Positions 31,722 to 45,709 are shown, counted from the first letter of the stretch. The stretch is DNA of 64,000 nucleotides from the human T2T-CHM13v2.0 reference genome, Homo sapiens (GCF_009914755.1 NC_060947.1); one strand, 5' to 3'. Notes: generated by a model not told the origin, from the letters alone. A program made the numbers and translations.

Positions 31722-32085
31722 TGTATTAGTCTGTTCCCATGTTGCTAGTAAAGACATACCTAAGACTGGATAATTTATAAAGGAAAGAGGTTTAATTGAC
31801 TCAAGGTTCCATGTGGCTGGGGAGGCCTCATGATCATGGTGGAAGGCAATGGAAAAGCAAACACAGATCTTACATGGAGGCAGGCAAGAGAGCTTGCACA
31901 GGGGAACTCCCATTTATAAAACCATCAAATCTCGTGAGACTTATTCACTGTCATAAGAACAGCATGGAAAATACTTGCCCCCATGATTCAATTACCTCCC
32001 ACCAGGTCCCTCCCATGACACATGGGAATTATGGGAGCTACAATTCAAGATGAGATTTGGGTGGGGACACAGCCAAACCATATCA
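31722..32085 (-). mobile_element. THE1 (C-like) solo LTR
   Basis: tgtattagtc...gagatttgggtggggacacagccaaaccatatca; perfect TSD GTTTC. Confidence 0.93.
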
Positions 32086-32298
32086 GTTTCCCTCAGAAGG
32101 AGACCCTGACATTAAAGATTAAGGATCTAAATGCAAACGGTTTATTTGGGAAGGTATCCCAGGAGTCCTCGGCAGGGAAGAATCAAAGTCATACAAGAAA
32201 GAAGGCAAAAAGGGGTAATTATTAAGCCAGCTATCACAGCAGTTATAGGTGCTTAACCCCAGGGGAAACTGAGAAATGGTATAAAACAGGTGCCTCTT

Positions 32299-32615
<317 letters not shown>

Positions 32616-32730
32616 AACAGATTGCCTTAGTGTTACTCTATGCGAAAGATGAAGGAGTTGGGGCATGTATCCACCATCCCCCATCAGGCACAGAATGAGG
32701 GCTACTCTTAGAGCACTGTTAATTTCTGAA

Positions 32731-33117
32731 TGTAATTGTTTCCTATTGCTGCTATAACCAATTACTACACATTTCGTGGCTTAAAACAGCACAACTATAT
32801 TACCTCCTGGAGGTCAGGAATCTGAAATGGGTCAGCAGGGTTGGATTCCTCTGGAGACTCTAGGGGAGACCCTATTTCCTTGCCCTTTCTAGCTTGGAGA
32901 GGCATCCTGCATTCCTTGGCTCATGGCCCTGCATCACTCTGATTTATTCTACTCTTGTCACATCTCCTTCTTCTCCTCTGCTTTCATTGTCACATCACAT
33001 TCTCTAATTCTGATCCTCCTGCCTCCCTCTAATAAAGACCTACCCAGATAATCTAGGATCATCCCCACATATCAAGATCCTTAACTCAATCACATCTGCA
33101 AAGTCCCTTTTGCCATC
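32731..33117 (-). mobile_element. MLT1D-like LTR, truncated
   Basis: ttcctattgctgc..gtggcttaaaaca; aatcacatctgcaaagtccctttt. Confidence 0.8.
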
Positions 33118-33221
33118 AGGTATTATAATTGCCTTTCTGGCCTGCCCCACAGAGGCAGAGCAGCCTTCTGGGGTGTGGGATGCTTTCAGGTACAGACATG
33201 TAGATATTCTGAAAGAGAGCT

Positions 33222-33630
33222 TAGATATTGGTTCCCTCCAAGTCTCATGTTGAAATTTGGATCCCAGAGTTACAGGTGGGTCCTGGTGAGAGGTGTTTGG
33301 GTCATGGGAGTGAATTCCTCATGAATGGCTTGGTGCCATCCTCATGGGATTCAGTGAGTTCACACTCTTAGTTCCCATGATATCTGGCTGTTAAAAAGAG
33401 CCTGGCACCTCCCTCCTCTCTCTTTTCCTTCCTTCCTTTCTTGCCATGTGATGCCTCCTCCCCTTCCCCTTCCACTATAACTGGAAGCTTCCTGAGGCCT
33501 TCACCAGAGGCAGATGCTGGCACCATGCTTCTTGTACATCCTACAGAACTATGACCCAAATAGGCCTGTGTTCTTTATAAATTACCTAGCCTCAGGTATT
33601 CCTTTATAGCCACACAAATGGATGAGGACA
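33222..33630 (+). mobile_element. MSTB-like LTR
   Basis: tctcatgttgaaat; ttctttataaattacctagcctcaggtattcc. Confidence 0.85.
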
Positions 33631-34504
33631 TAAAGGGTGAAGGGATATGGGCAGGGCACTGACAGAGAAATTTCTCTTTTGTTAGCAGGGCACAAAAGCA
33701 AAGATATGCAGGAAAAGTTGCTGAGTTAGCAGAGGCAGAGCAGGCAGTCATAGTGGTCTTAGAACTCTCAGACTAAGGGACATTTAGTTTCAAGACTAAG
33801 GTATTGAAGAGGAATGCATTTGCTAGAAAAGTCAAAAGAGCCATACTGACACATAAACATGTTGGGTCCTCACAACAAATATTTCATGATGGGGAGAGCG
33901 CATACAATGTTTCGCGTTTTATAGCTGAGGAAACTGAGGCCCAGTGACTTGCCCCAAGCTGTACAGTGGAGGAGAAAAGACCTGCTCTTGGATTTCCTGA
34001 CTCATTACCCAGGGCTGCTCTCACTGGCCCTCATCTAGCTGCAGCACAGCCTGGAAGAGTCTGGAATGAGTTGGGCCTGTGGCCACATCTGAGAAGATGC
34101 CAGCCCCTCAGTCACTTAATCTTCTGCCTCTGAGCCTTTGGGTGCCTGGCTGAGCTTCTGGAATTGAGACAGACCCAGCAGGATTGTTGATGAATTTGAT
34201 TGCTTTACCAGAAGTTTAAAAATGTATCTACTAAGGTTGAGCATTGTTTATAATCTATCTCTGGTAATTTGCCTCCTACGTGTGAACATGCAAGATCAGT
34301 TGCCAAATCCTGTCAATGATATCTCCCCAATCTCTCTCTCCCCCATCTGTCGCCTCTTCTCCTTTCCTATTCTCCCAGCACAGAACTCTATTGCCTCCCA
34401 CCTGGACCACAGCAAAAGCCTCCTCGTGGTGTCCCTGTCTCCTGAATGTCCCTGCCCCAATTCATCAGATATTCTGCCTCCTAATGAACTCCAGCTAAGA
34501 TCAG

Positions 34505-34954
34505 TGTGTGAGAGGCCCTCAGTGCCCCATCCATATTCCTCCAGATCTTTCCAGCCTGGTGTGTTCCAGCAGACTTCCACTTGCCAGTATCCGTATCTCT
34601 GCTTCAGAGGGTTTTTCCCAGAACCACAAGTTGGAAGGGCCAAGGAATCAGTGCCCCTAGAAAACAGCCCTCCAGCAATGACGGAAGGGGAGTTGGTAGA
34701 TAAATGCCCCAGCTCCTGACCCACTTTGGAGATAACTCTGAGCCGTGTGCTCTGCATTGTCTCCCAGAGTTCCCGTGGGACTGAACCCTAGTTGCCCTGG
34801 TAGGAGCTGGCTTAATAACATCCTTTATCTCTGCCTTCCCTTCCCTGAATTAATTCTCTACTCCCCTGCTATTTCCTACAACCACCTTCCAAATAACTCA
34901 TTGTCCTTGATTCCTTCTCTCAGGGTCTTCTTCTCGAGATCCCAAGCTGAGACA
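34505..34954 (+). mobile_element. Old ERVL-type LTR (LTR16A-like)
   Basis: ggagttggtagataaatgccccagc; ccaaataac..cccaagctgagaca end. Confidence 0.65.
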
Positions 34955-35364
34955 ATCAGGTTACTCACCTACACAACAACTTGCCAGAGAATGTCTCTCC
35001 ATGCCCTCCTTAGCCTGCTCTCTAACACTCTCCAAGGCTGATCCCAGGCTAACTTTTCACTTGAACTCCAAGTCTCCATCATGCAGGTGACACAGAAGTC
35101 AAAGAGCATGGCAGTTTGCTGGTTTACATCCCCGTGCCTTTGGTAAGTTGACTCTTTTTATCTGGAATCTTGCCCTCCTTTTCTTACCATGTTTTCTCCA
35201 TTCTATAAAAGTCAGTTCAGAGGCATACTTGAAAGGAAAAAAAAAGAATGTTGATCATTGTTGAAGCTGGGGATGGGTCCATGGATTGTTGTTATACTAT
35301 TCTGTTTACTTTGTGAACATCTGACACTTTACATAATAAAAAGCTAAAATACAAAATCCATTCC

Positions 35365-35770
35365 TGTGTGTGACAGACATTGTTGGTGTCCTGCCCATAT
35401 GTCCTCATTCCTACAGCATCCCTGCACACTCTCTGCCTTAGGGCATTCTGTAGTGCAGGGCAAATAGGAAGTGCCAACGATCTTACACTCTCCACAGCAG
35501 CTCTGCACCATGGATGCATGGAGTGGGCAAATAAACACGCTGGCTCCTCACCCTTGGGTATGATGGCTTTGAGGGTGACTACCTCCTGACAATGCCCAGT
35601 AGGACTGAGCCCCAGACGCTTTTTACCACACCCTGTGTTGACTTGTTCCCCTTCCCTGTCTGGCTTTCCCACTTCCAACTGGTGTTGGCTAGGATGCCCT
35701 CTCAAATGAGATCCTTTCACACAAATCCTAGGCACAGGATCTCTTCAAAGGGCAGTCAATCTAGGACAAC
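35365..35770 (+). mobile_element. Old ERVL-type LTR (LTR16-like)
   Basis: ggtgtcctgcccatat start; caaatcctaggcacaggatctc..ctaggaca end. Confidence 0.6.
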
Positions 35771-35889
35771 ATGTCACCATCACCATGAAAGCATAACTTC
35801 TTCCTAGATTAGAAGCGAGGTCTTCCTCCCCTGAGTCTCTGGGGCACATCATCTGGGCTCTGGAAGATTCAGGACAGACTCCTTCTTTA

Positions 35890-36195
<306 letters not shown>

Positions 36196-36919
36196 ATGCT
36201 TGGAAGGATGGCAGGATGGAACCTGGTAAAAAAGAGCTTATGAGGAGCTATGAGGCCTGGAGGCCAGGGGTAACTAAAAATAAATGTCTTATTAAATCTG
36301 GATGGACCAAGCCTCAGAGTGCCTTTAGTGCACGCTGTCCCATCTTAAGAGAGTCTTTCTGCAGAAATCATCATTCTGGTGCCTCACACTAATTGGTCAA
36401 GGGTGGGAACCTGCCTCAAGAGGTTGTATTTCTGCAGGCACCATGAGTGAGGAGCATATAAGGGCCTAGTTAAGAAGAAGAGACTAGGCAAGGATGAGGA
36501 ATAGGATGGGAATCCAAGACCAACAGGATGGCACTAGAGGTGGCAGGTGCTGGGGGAAACCAGTGCCAAGCTTCCACATAGACCCTGGAAATGGCAGAGC
36601 CTCTGCTGGGGGTTCTGCGTGGATCCTGGGATCTGGACTCTAAGCTCCATGGCCCTGGGAGCCTCAGTGAAGGTCTTGGGGACCATGGTGGGCTCTGAGA
36701 GCATGGACAATGTTAGCAGGATGCTTTGACAATAAGCAGCTCAGTGACCATCACCATGGCTCTTCCCCCAGTTTCTAGTCTGCTAGTCCCAGGGACTTAT
36801 AAGCCTCCAGAGAAGGAAAGGAACCTCCCAGAAATGACTGACCCTGGCAAGTGGGGCCTCTGAACCAAGCACAATAAAGCCACAAAAAATGTCTTGCCTT
36901 TAAGAGTTATGAACCAGAC

Positions 36920-38370
36920 GTTTGTATGAATTTATCCCTTGGTGTCACTGGTGGGATTGACTTCCAAGGATAGGTTGGGAAAGACCTTGTGCTGTTTTAT
37001 CTTAGGACATGTGCCTTGGGAGCCCTGAGCTATCATGCAGGGAGTCCTGCTACCCTATGAAGCCTCCATCCTGGAGACACCACATGAAAAGACCACACAG
37101 AAATATAGAGAGGGGTGGGGGGATTGGGAAGATGTTGGTGAAAGGACACAAAATTTCATTTAGAAAGGAGGAGTAAGTTCAAGAGATCTGTTGTGTATCA
37201 TGGTGACAACAGTTAATAACAATATATTGTATACTTGAAAATTGCTAAAAGAGTAGATTTTAAGTGTTTTCACTATGAAAAAATAAGTATGTGAGGTAAT
37301 GCGTATGTTAAGTAGCTTTCTTTAGCCATTTCACAATGTATACATGTATGAAAGCATTATATTGTATAACATAAATATAATTTTAACTTGCCCTCATATG
37401 TTTGTCACAGCACTATTCACAATAGCAAAGATGTGGAATTAATTTAAGTGTCCATCAGTGAATGTTTGGATTAAAAAAATGAGGCATATGTCACAATAGA
37501 ATACTACTTAGCCATAAAAAAAAGAATAAAATCATGTCTTTTGCAGCAACACAGATGGAACTGGAGGCCATTATCTTAAGTGAAACAACTCAAAAGAAAA
37601 AGTCAAATACTGCATGTTCTCATTTATAAGTGGGAGTTAAATAATGTGTACACATGGACATAGAATGTGGAATAATAGACATTGGAGACTTAGAAGGATG
37701 GCAGGGTGGGAAGGGAGTCAGGGATGAGAAATTACTTAATGGGGACAATGTACATTATATTTGGGTGATGATTACACCAAAAGCCCAGACTTCACTACTA
37801 CACAATGTATCCGTGGAACAAAACTGCACTTGTACTCCTTGAATGTATACAAGTAAAAATAAAGAAATTGCTTTTATAATTTTTATTTGTGATTATTATG
37901 AATACATATACTAGTCATACATATTTATGGGATACATGGAGTATTCTGATGCAAGCATACAATGCTGAAATAGTCAAATCAGGGTCATTGGGATATCCAT
38001 CATCACAAGCATTTATTATTTCTTTGTGTTAGAAACATTCCAATTGCACTCTTTTAGTTATTTTGAAATATATTTTTAAAAATAAACAAACAAAAAGGAA
38101 ATATAGAGAGATACCTGAGAAGCCCCACTTGTTCCAGCCCCAGCTGTCTGAGCCAACAGCCAGCATCAACCACCAGACATGGTAGTGAGAGACCCTCAGA
38201 TAATCCAGCCCCCAGCTTCCCAGCCAATTCAGCTAACACTGAGTGGAACAGGGAAGAGCTGTCCCTGCTGAGCCCTGCCCAAATCGTAGACTTATGAGCT
38301 TAATAAATGCTATTGTTTTAAGCAACTAAGTTTTGCAGTGGCTTATAACACAGCAATAAGTACTCAGAAC
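36920..38370 (+). mobile_element. MLT1 (F/G-like) LTR split by an L1MA stack
   Basis: ggagccctgagc..gaccacac; resumes at 38111 with ccagccccagc..gagccctgcccaaat. Confidence 0.75.
37113..38097 (+). mobile_element. Nested L1MA 3' ends (outer +; inner + ~37391-37870; inner - ~37895-38071)
   Basis: Perfect 13-bp TSD GAAATATAGAGAG at 37100-37112 and 38098-38110; L1MA 3'UTR motifs. Confidence 0.8.
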
Positions 38371-38429
38371 AACCATCCCTGCCCCCAAAAATTGTATGGT
38401 TGTTGAGTTCTCAAAGTCCTTTCCAACTG

Positions 38430-39085
38430 TGGCAGATATAACACTGTGTTCACCAATCCCTATTTTACTTACCCATTGTGTACACAGGAAGACTACATTT
38501 CCCAGCAACCTTTGCAGTTAGGTGGGGCCAAAAACTGGATTCTGGACAGTAAAATGCAGCCAGACTGAGACATGGTCTCCAACACTTTCCACACAGTCCT
38601 ATATGCTCTCTTGTCCCTCCTCCATCCACTGGATGGAAAGGGCCAGTGGAGGATTCCAAGGCTGGAGAAGCTGGAAAGCGCCCGGGCTTCTGAATCACCT
38701 CATGGAAAAGTGAATGCCAAACACCTGCAGGTACTTAGCCACTGCAGGTGCTTAGCTACTGAAGGTGTTTAGCCACTGCAGGTGCTTAGCCATTGCAGGT
38801 ACTTAGCCACTGCAGGTGTTTACCCACTGTAGGTGCTTAGCTACTGAGGGTGCTCGGCCACTGCAGGTGCTTAGTTACTGAGGGGGCTTAGCCACCGCAG
38901 GTACTTAGCCACTGCAAGTGCTTAGCCACTGTAAGTGCTTAGCCACTGTGGGTGCTTGGCCACTGCAGGCGCTTAGCCACTGAGGTTGGTTAGCCACTGC
39001 AGGTGTTTAGCCATTGCAGCTGCTTAGCCACTGCTACTTGAGGGTTGTTTGTCACAGCAGCTAGCCTTCTCTGAGTGATACATAC
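38430..39085 (+). mobile_element. MLT1 (J/K-like) LTR hosting a minisatellite
   Basis: actacatttcccagc..ttgcagttagg; resumes ggttgtttgtcacagcagctagcc. Confidence 0.7.
38725..39034. repeat. 17-bp minisatellite, 18 units, consensus CTGCAGGTGCTTAGCCA
   Basis: Units counted directly; no indels. Confidence 0.95.
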
Positions 39086-39329
39086 CTACGCTACCTTATT
39101 TTCACCTCCAAATAACTATTTGAGGGAGGACAGGTAGTGGACACTGTTGAACTTTCACTTTGTATCTTCTGCCTATTTCTTAATTATTAATGTACCTCTC
39201 TTGGCTTCTTCACCAAACTATAAACTCCCCTAGGGCAAATTACCTGCCCGAGTAACTGTTGTATCCTCCAAAGACTTAACATGGGTCCCTGGACATTTTG
39301 TACAGACTCAGTAACCATTTCTCAGATGA

Positions 39330-39540
39330 ACGCAATAATATTTGCTGATATTTATTAAGCAAATACTACAAATTCCATATATTTTAACATATTTAATCCA
39401 CACAATAACACAATGAGGTGGTTATTATTACTACCTCTAAGTTAAGAAATTGAGGATCAGGAAGATTAATTGACTTTCCCAAGGCCACGCAGCCAGCACT
39501 GTCTGGCTCCAAAGCCCAAGCTCCTCACTGCTGCTGCCTC
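39330..39540 (-). mobile_element. MIR
   Basis: atttaatccacacaataac..tgactttcccaaggccac. Confidence 0.7.
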
Positions 39541-40139
39541 TGCCTGGGCATGATGCAAGTGTCACACATTGTTTTCAATTGTCAGGACCTCTGAAGATAA
39601 AGGTCAACCCCAGTGCAGGTCTTTACTGCACACTTCCTCTGAAGAGGGCTTCACTTTCACCCAAGTGCAGAACGCCAGGCATGATGGCCTTGTCTTCAGT
39701 GTCACCGCACTTGATCCTCAAGCCTCTCCAGACCCACAGCCCCCAGCCGTGTGGCAGCTCCAGCAGGCAGCCTTCCTAACACACCTCAAGTGGCTAGGCA
39801 GCCCCAGATGCCTCCTACACCCTCCAACCAGTCACCGCAGGCCACATCGGGGCTGACAGAGGAGGCCCACAGAGGTACACAGGTGTGGTCCCTGGGTGCT
39901 CATCCACCACCACTCACACCTTTCCCAAGTCCAGCTTTGCATTCTGCTTCAGTGATAATGTAAACCCATCAAGAGAGAAAGAGAGCTGGAGATTGTGTGT
40001 GTGTATGTGTGTGCGCGCGGGCACGTGCGCACGTGTGCATGAAAAGATTTGCCTGGAAACACCAACCCTTCACCAAGGATGTTCCCAGCCCTCATTTGTA
40101 CACACAGTCTTCAAACATCAAAGTGTTTGTTAAGCGTAA

Positions 40140-40480
40140 ATATTTTTATTCGCTCCCCTCCTTCTCCTCCCGCTCCTCTTCCATCCAGGCTCTGAGCTCA
40201 GCGGATGCTGGGAGACCCCTCTGACTCAGAGCCAGCAGGGATGGTTTTTGGAAAAGGGCACTTCCAGGTCCCAGCGGGCAGCCGGCAGCTGAGCCTGACA
40301 GCCGCCCGGGACTTGGCTCCCAGCAGCAGGCTCCTAGCTTGGCGCCTGTTTCCATAGGAACGGGCAGGCCCGGGATTGGCGGCCGTGGGAGCGTTACCCA
40401 CGCCGGCTGCTTTTCAAGTGGTCCCTGGGTGTACCTCCCCTCCCCTGCCATGCCTGTGCCTAGGCCTGCCCTGGAAAAGG
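40140..40480. promoter_or_regulatory. CpG-enriched GC-rich unique patch, candidate regulatory element
   Basis: About 15 CpG in ~300 bp against a CpG-depleted background. Confidence 0.4.
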
Positions 40481-42419
40481 GCCCAAGTATAGGGGAGCTG
40501 GGAGCTTCCCCAACACTCTATTCTGGGGCACCGAGAGTCTGAGCCAACACCTTGCTTGGAGCCCTTGTTTCTCTCCCGTTCCCTGCCTTCCTTCACTGGG
40601 TACTCAACGTTGTGCCCAGCTTCACTTTCGCACAGCATCCACCCGCCTGGCAGAGGACTTGGAGCCGATCTAGAGAGCCTGTCTGAGATCATGCTCAGAG
40701 ACGGCACCAAGCCACACGGGCAGCCACTCACACTCATCTGGTAAAACCCTGTTATTAAGCGTCTCTCTGCTTCACGGTTTCCTGTGCCCTGCAGGTCAAA
40801 TTGTGCTCTGCCTCTTCATTTCCCTGCTACCCCTGTGCTGTGCATCTCTCATTATTAAACAGTAGCTGGCAAACGGTGGCTTTCTGGGCCTCGAAAGCCA
40901 GCACGATTATGGCTCTACCGGAGATAATTGGGAACCAGCACATGGATTGCTGCCTTGCTCCCAAGGTGGATTCTTGCTGCCAGCGGCTCTCCTCTGCCTC
41001 TCCTTTGAGGGGGTACCTCAGGGGAGACGTTCTTTGACTCTGTTCCCGGTTCTGGCTGTCGCCGTGCTTTGAACCCCAGTCTCCCGTTGTAGTTCCAGAC
41101 ATTGTCAGGCTTCTCTTCAGCCTCCTTAGGCCTCCCTGCAGATGCGGCCTCCTGAGATGGGGGTCAATCCAAGCTCTGCAAAATTCAAAGGGTGCTCCGG
41201 GAGAAGCTAGGGCTTTGCTGATGGGGTTGAGGAGTCTGAAAACTCCCGCTCAGAGCTAGAGGTTGAAATGCCAGCCCATCAGCAAGAACTAAACGGCTCT
41301 TCAGGCGGGAGGACACTCAGAACTATTGATCAAGGATGCACAGACTACATCTATAATTAGACCCGGAAAGCTGCTTGCACATCAGAAAGAGAGAGAGAAA
41401 GACACGACCGTGGCTTCACGAGAGCCAGATATGCATCAGGATTTCAAAAAACAAACAAAAACCTCACCGCTGAAAATGCCCTGTGTTGTTAATTCCTCTC
41501 TCTAAAAGGTCCCCTGTGAGTCACATACTTCATTCAGTCCTGTAAGGAGCAGCCAGAAGTTATAAAGCCCCTGCTCATAAGGCAGCAACAGCTGACTTTT
41601 GGGATGGATCACAGCTAGACCTCCCAGCTCCACGGTGGCTGTGACCTCCCAGACCAGGGCAGCCCAGCAGCCGGTGCCCTGGAAACCCAGCAAGCAAAGT
41701 TACTGTTGAGAAGTTTTGTTTGCCTTTTGCATTATTGGAAGTGGCAGGAAGAGGCTTGGTTTCTGGGCATTTTGTGGCATTTGTTCATTCTTTTGTATAA
41801 TGAATCTGATTTGGGAACTGCAGTTAAAATTTGGAGGGGGAGAGTCCATTAGAAAGAAATACTATTTGCTGGGGCCGTGGAATGCTTGTGGCAAATTGCC
41901 CTTCCTAAGTGCTGTTTTTTGAAAACTCATTCCTGCGGTAGGAAAATAAAGCAGATTTCAAACACTTAAGAGATCATTTTTGGAATGGTCTAGATGCGCG
42001 CTGGTGTGCTGGTACATTTGCCTCTCATTGTTTTTTAATCACTATTTTGTCAAGTTTAATTGCTGCCACTCTAACAACCCAAACGGGAGCGAAACAAAAT
42101 AGGGGATATCTATCATTGGTGAGAGCATTTTGATGGAGTTTATATCCATTTGCATCTTCTCCGCCAAATTAGGAAAAAGGAAAATAGAAAAGATTTTCTC
42201 CATTGCTGCTATAAGGATCATTTTCATTGGTCTGGGTGGAGAAATTCTCAGAGTATCAGGCAAATTGAGCAGCCTCCTGCACAGTGCCTTGTAGCCCTAT
42301 AAACTGGATTTGGGGTATTCTTGCCTGGATGTTCCTTCCAGGGATATTATGAATTCTTACAAGTGCTACTGGGTAGTGAGGGCCTTGAAGGCAGAGAAAG
42401 ACCTTGTCTTAATTATGCA

Positions 42420-42903
42420 CGCGGTGCCAGGGTCTGCTCCCAATTCTCCTTTCGGGTCTTATGTCAGACGCAGAGAAGCATCACTCAGAGCACCTTCAGG
42501 AGAGAACTCGCTGCCAGCTGCTTTGACTGTGGTTAGCTGACAGACTTCAGCTGTTGGCTTCAGCGGGGTTGGCCTCAGCTTTTGAGCTGATGTCACGTTC
42601 CTCTAGGGGTGGCCCCTGGCGGGCGGCTAAGCAGGCTGTGGTACTCAGGCCAGCTGTTTCTGTCCCATGAGGGGTTCCTCTGATGGCACCTTTGCTCGGA
42701 GCTCCCACTGGGCTGGCAGTGACTTTTCAGACCTGCATTGCCACCTGACGGCTCCCCCTGCCCAATCTTGCTTCCTCCCCTCCCCCTTCCATGGGTGCCC
42801 AATTTGATATGGTCCTTCCTGGAAGCCACTGAAGGACTAAATCATCTCTCGCTATCACTAACTTCATCTCAGCATCTGCTTCCTAAAGAACTCAACCTGA
42901 GAC
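42420..42903 (+). mobile_element. Old ERVL-type LTR (LTR33-like)
   Basis: gctgacagacttcagctg; catctcagcatctgcttcc..aacctgagac end. Confidence 0.6.
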
Positions 42904-43956
42904 CGATTTTTTCCCCACAAGGCTTTTTAGAACTCTACTTCCGGCTGCCTTTGGTGACTAATGAAAATATACTAGGTGCGATGCTGAGTACCAGGAACAC
43001 TCGGGGATTTTAGCAACCAAGGGAAAATGCCAGGCTAGCCATTGAGAACTATGGAGGGTGAAACCCAGTGTGCCTTCTGAAGAAAGCGGTTCAAATTCAG
43101 GTTTCCAGAACAGCCAGGGCACACGTTGCCTCTGGCAACTTGGTGTAAAAATGCAAAGAACCAGTAGTCCACAGGTTTCTCCTGCAGGTCCCGATGCAAA
43201 AGTAAAAGCTCAGCTCTGGGAACAGGAATTCAGAATTAGGGCCTGCATTAAACAGGGCCGGGGCTTGTTGTCACTTGAAGGTTTACAAAGCCCTTAGCTC
43301 CCCAAGCAGACTGCCTGTCAGCTCTTTGAAGGCCAAGACATGCCCATCTTGCTCGCCACTCCAGGGTCTAGAACTGTGCATAGCACATAGTTGTTGCTCA
43401 ATGAACACTTGATGCATGGATTGAGTGATTGAGCCTCATAAATATCATTTCATTACTGTCACTGCAATGCTTCTGAATTGCCTTAAGGATGAAGTCCATA
43501 CCCCTTCAGGTATGGACAAGAACGGGTGGTGGTCACAATCTGGCTTCCATGGACCCTCCCTCTATCCATAACTCATAGAATTAGCACAGTCATTGGCCCC
43601 CACTCTGGCTCACTTACCAGTGGCTCCCAGCCCCACTACTTTTTGGGCAAGCCAGTGCCCACTCATGCAGGGAAGCCTTCCCTATGCTTTTGCCTTCTGT
43701 CCCCTGCCGCTGCTACCAAGAGTAATGTAGGACCTTTAAATCCCAGGCACCCAGGCAAAAGAGAATTCTTTTCTATGCCACCTCCCAGGAGGGTCTGGGC
43801 CAAGATCCTTCATTAGCACTATGTCTTGTGCCATGCAGTAATAATGCCTCCCACTTTAATAAAGAATATTCTGGGCACTGTGGACTGTTCTATATACCTT
43901 ATATATGTTAACTAATTGAGGCCCTAAAGCATTTCATGAGGTAGGTATTCATCTTC

Positions 43957-44255
43957 TTTTTTTTTTTTTTTTTTTTGAGACGGAGTCTCACTCTGTCGCC
44001 TAGGCTGGAGTGCAGTGGTGCGATCTCGGCTCACTGCAAGCTTTCCTCCCGGATTCATGCCATTCTCCTGCCTCAGCCTCCCATGTAGCTGGGACTACAG
44101 GCACCCGCCACCATGCCCGGCTAAATTTTTGTATTTTTTAGTAGAGACGGGGTTTCACCATTAGCCAGGATGGTCTCGATCTCCTGACCTCTTGATCCGC
44201 CCGCCTCGGCCTCCTAAAGTGCTGGGATTACAGGCATGAGCCACCGTGCCTGGCT
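43957..44255 (-). mobile_element. AluY inserted in a MIR
   Basis: gcaagct, gccattctcc, ttagccaggatgg; TSD gtattcatctt/gtattcgtctt. Confidence 0.92.
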
Positions 44256-45709
44256 GTATTCGTCTTTTTACTGTTACTTTATAGTCACAGAACACACAGG
44301 GATTATGGAACTTGCCCAAGGTCACACAGCTAGTAAACACTGTGCCAAAGCAGTCTCATTCCAAAGTTTATGCTACCACCTGGCTCATTGTTTTCCTGCC
44401 TGTGTCACTGATGGCTGCACTGAGATCTCATTAATGGAAGGAACTCTGCCCATGGAGGGACAGTTGAAAAGATGCCAGTACTTGCAACTGTGGCCTCTGA
44501 CAAACCAGTCCTTCACTGCCTTCACCTTGCCAGGTGCGCATCTACCAAGAACCTAAGCCAGCCAGCACGTGTAATCAGCCTTCGCCTACGAGAGGTCAAA
44601 GATGAAAGCTATGGACAAAGTTGTGGGGAAGTGGCTAGGGACACAAGCTTCCACATTCCCGGTCTGGTGACCTTGTGCTTCCCCTTCTGACAAGGAGCAC
44701 TGGTGTGAGTGTGGACTTTGGGAAGCACCTGCTGGGTGTCAGGTCCAGGGCCATGCACGTTTCAGCCTCACGAGGCCCCTATGATGTAGATGCTGTTAGC
44801 ATCCTCTGCATCCTACCAGTTTACACTTAGTAAGTGGCAGGACCAGGATTTGAGCCCAGGCAGGTCTGACTCCAGGCATAAGTATGTAACTACTGTGCTC
44901 CACCAACAAAAGCACCCAGTAGCCTCCCCACTGCCCCAAGTCGGTCCAAGGACTACCCCTCCTCTCTCTCCTCTCTCATCTCACTCCTATCTTCCCTTCA
45001 CACCTCCCCCAGACTCCTTTCCCTTCAGCTGGTCCCTCTTGTCTCTCTCCCAGCCACCTTGCCTCCATGCCCTTCCCTCCACATTTGGTATCCTCTGCTG
45101 ACTTTGAGGCCCAGCTGGAGGCTGCACTGAGCAGCATCCCTAGGCATAGATACTGCACAGTTTCCCCTGCCCTGACTGACAGCTGGCTGGCTCTGCTTCC
45201 CCAATGCCAAGGATGGCTGTGACAACCTGGTGGGCAGACACACGCTGTCCCGTGCCTTGGGAGGTCCTAGACTTTGTGCCCAACAGAAAGAAGAAATAAC
45301 ATCTATTGGCTCTTTCACATTGTGGGGGGCATGGTCCTCCAAAGACTTCACAGTGTTCTCCTTTGGAGATTTTATAGATTCCATTCATTCTTCCAGAAGC
45401 AGGTGATGAGGCCAGGTACTATGGGAGCCCACAGAAAACTGGGAGTCCTGCTCAAATATGCTGGCGGAAACCAGCACCAGGTTGGTAGAGACCAACAGCC
45501 ATAAAACAACAAGAAGGCAACATAAAGGTGGGTAAGGCAACTGCTTCAACACGGAGGAGACCCCTACAGCAGCCCCTGTTGACACCACACCCCATATCCC
45601 CAAGCTCACCTGCAGCCAAGGTGGGCAGTTCACATGCTAACAGCTTTCCACCTCGACTGCCTGCCCACCTCTGCTCCTCAGTCTCAGGGCTCCCTCCAGA
45701 ATCAAGGAC

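Noticed and set aside
38725-39034. Regular short-repeat array as a CRISPR
   Set aside because: Head-to-tail units with no spacers, no cas genes, eukaryotic context.
42738-42752. CTCF-like motif (minus strand CCGTCAGGTGGCA)
   Set aside because: Imperfect single match inside an old LTR; not distinguishable from chance by eye.
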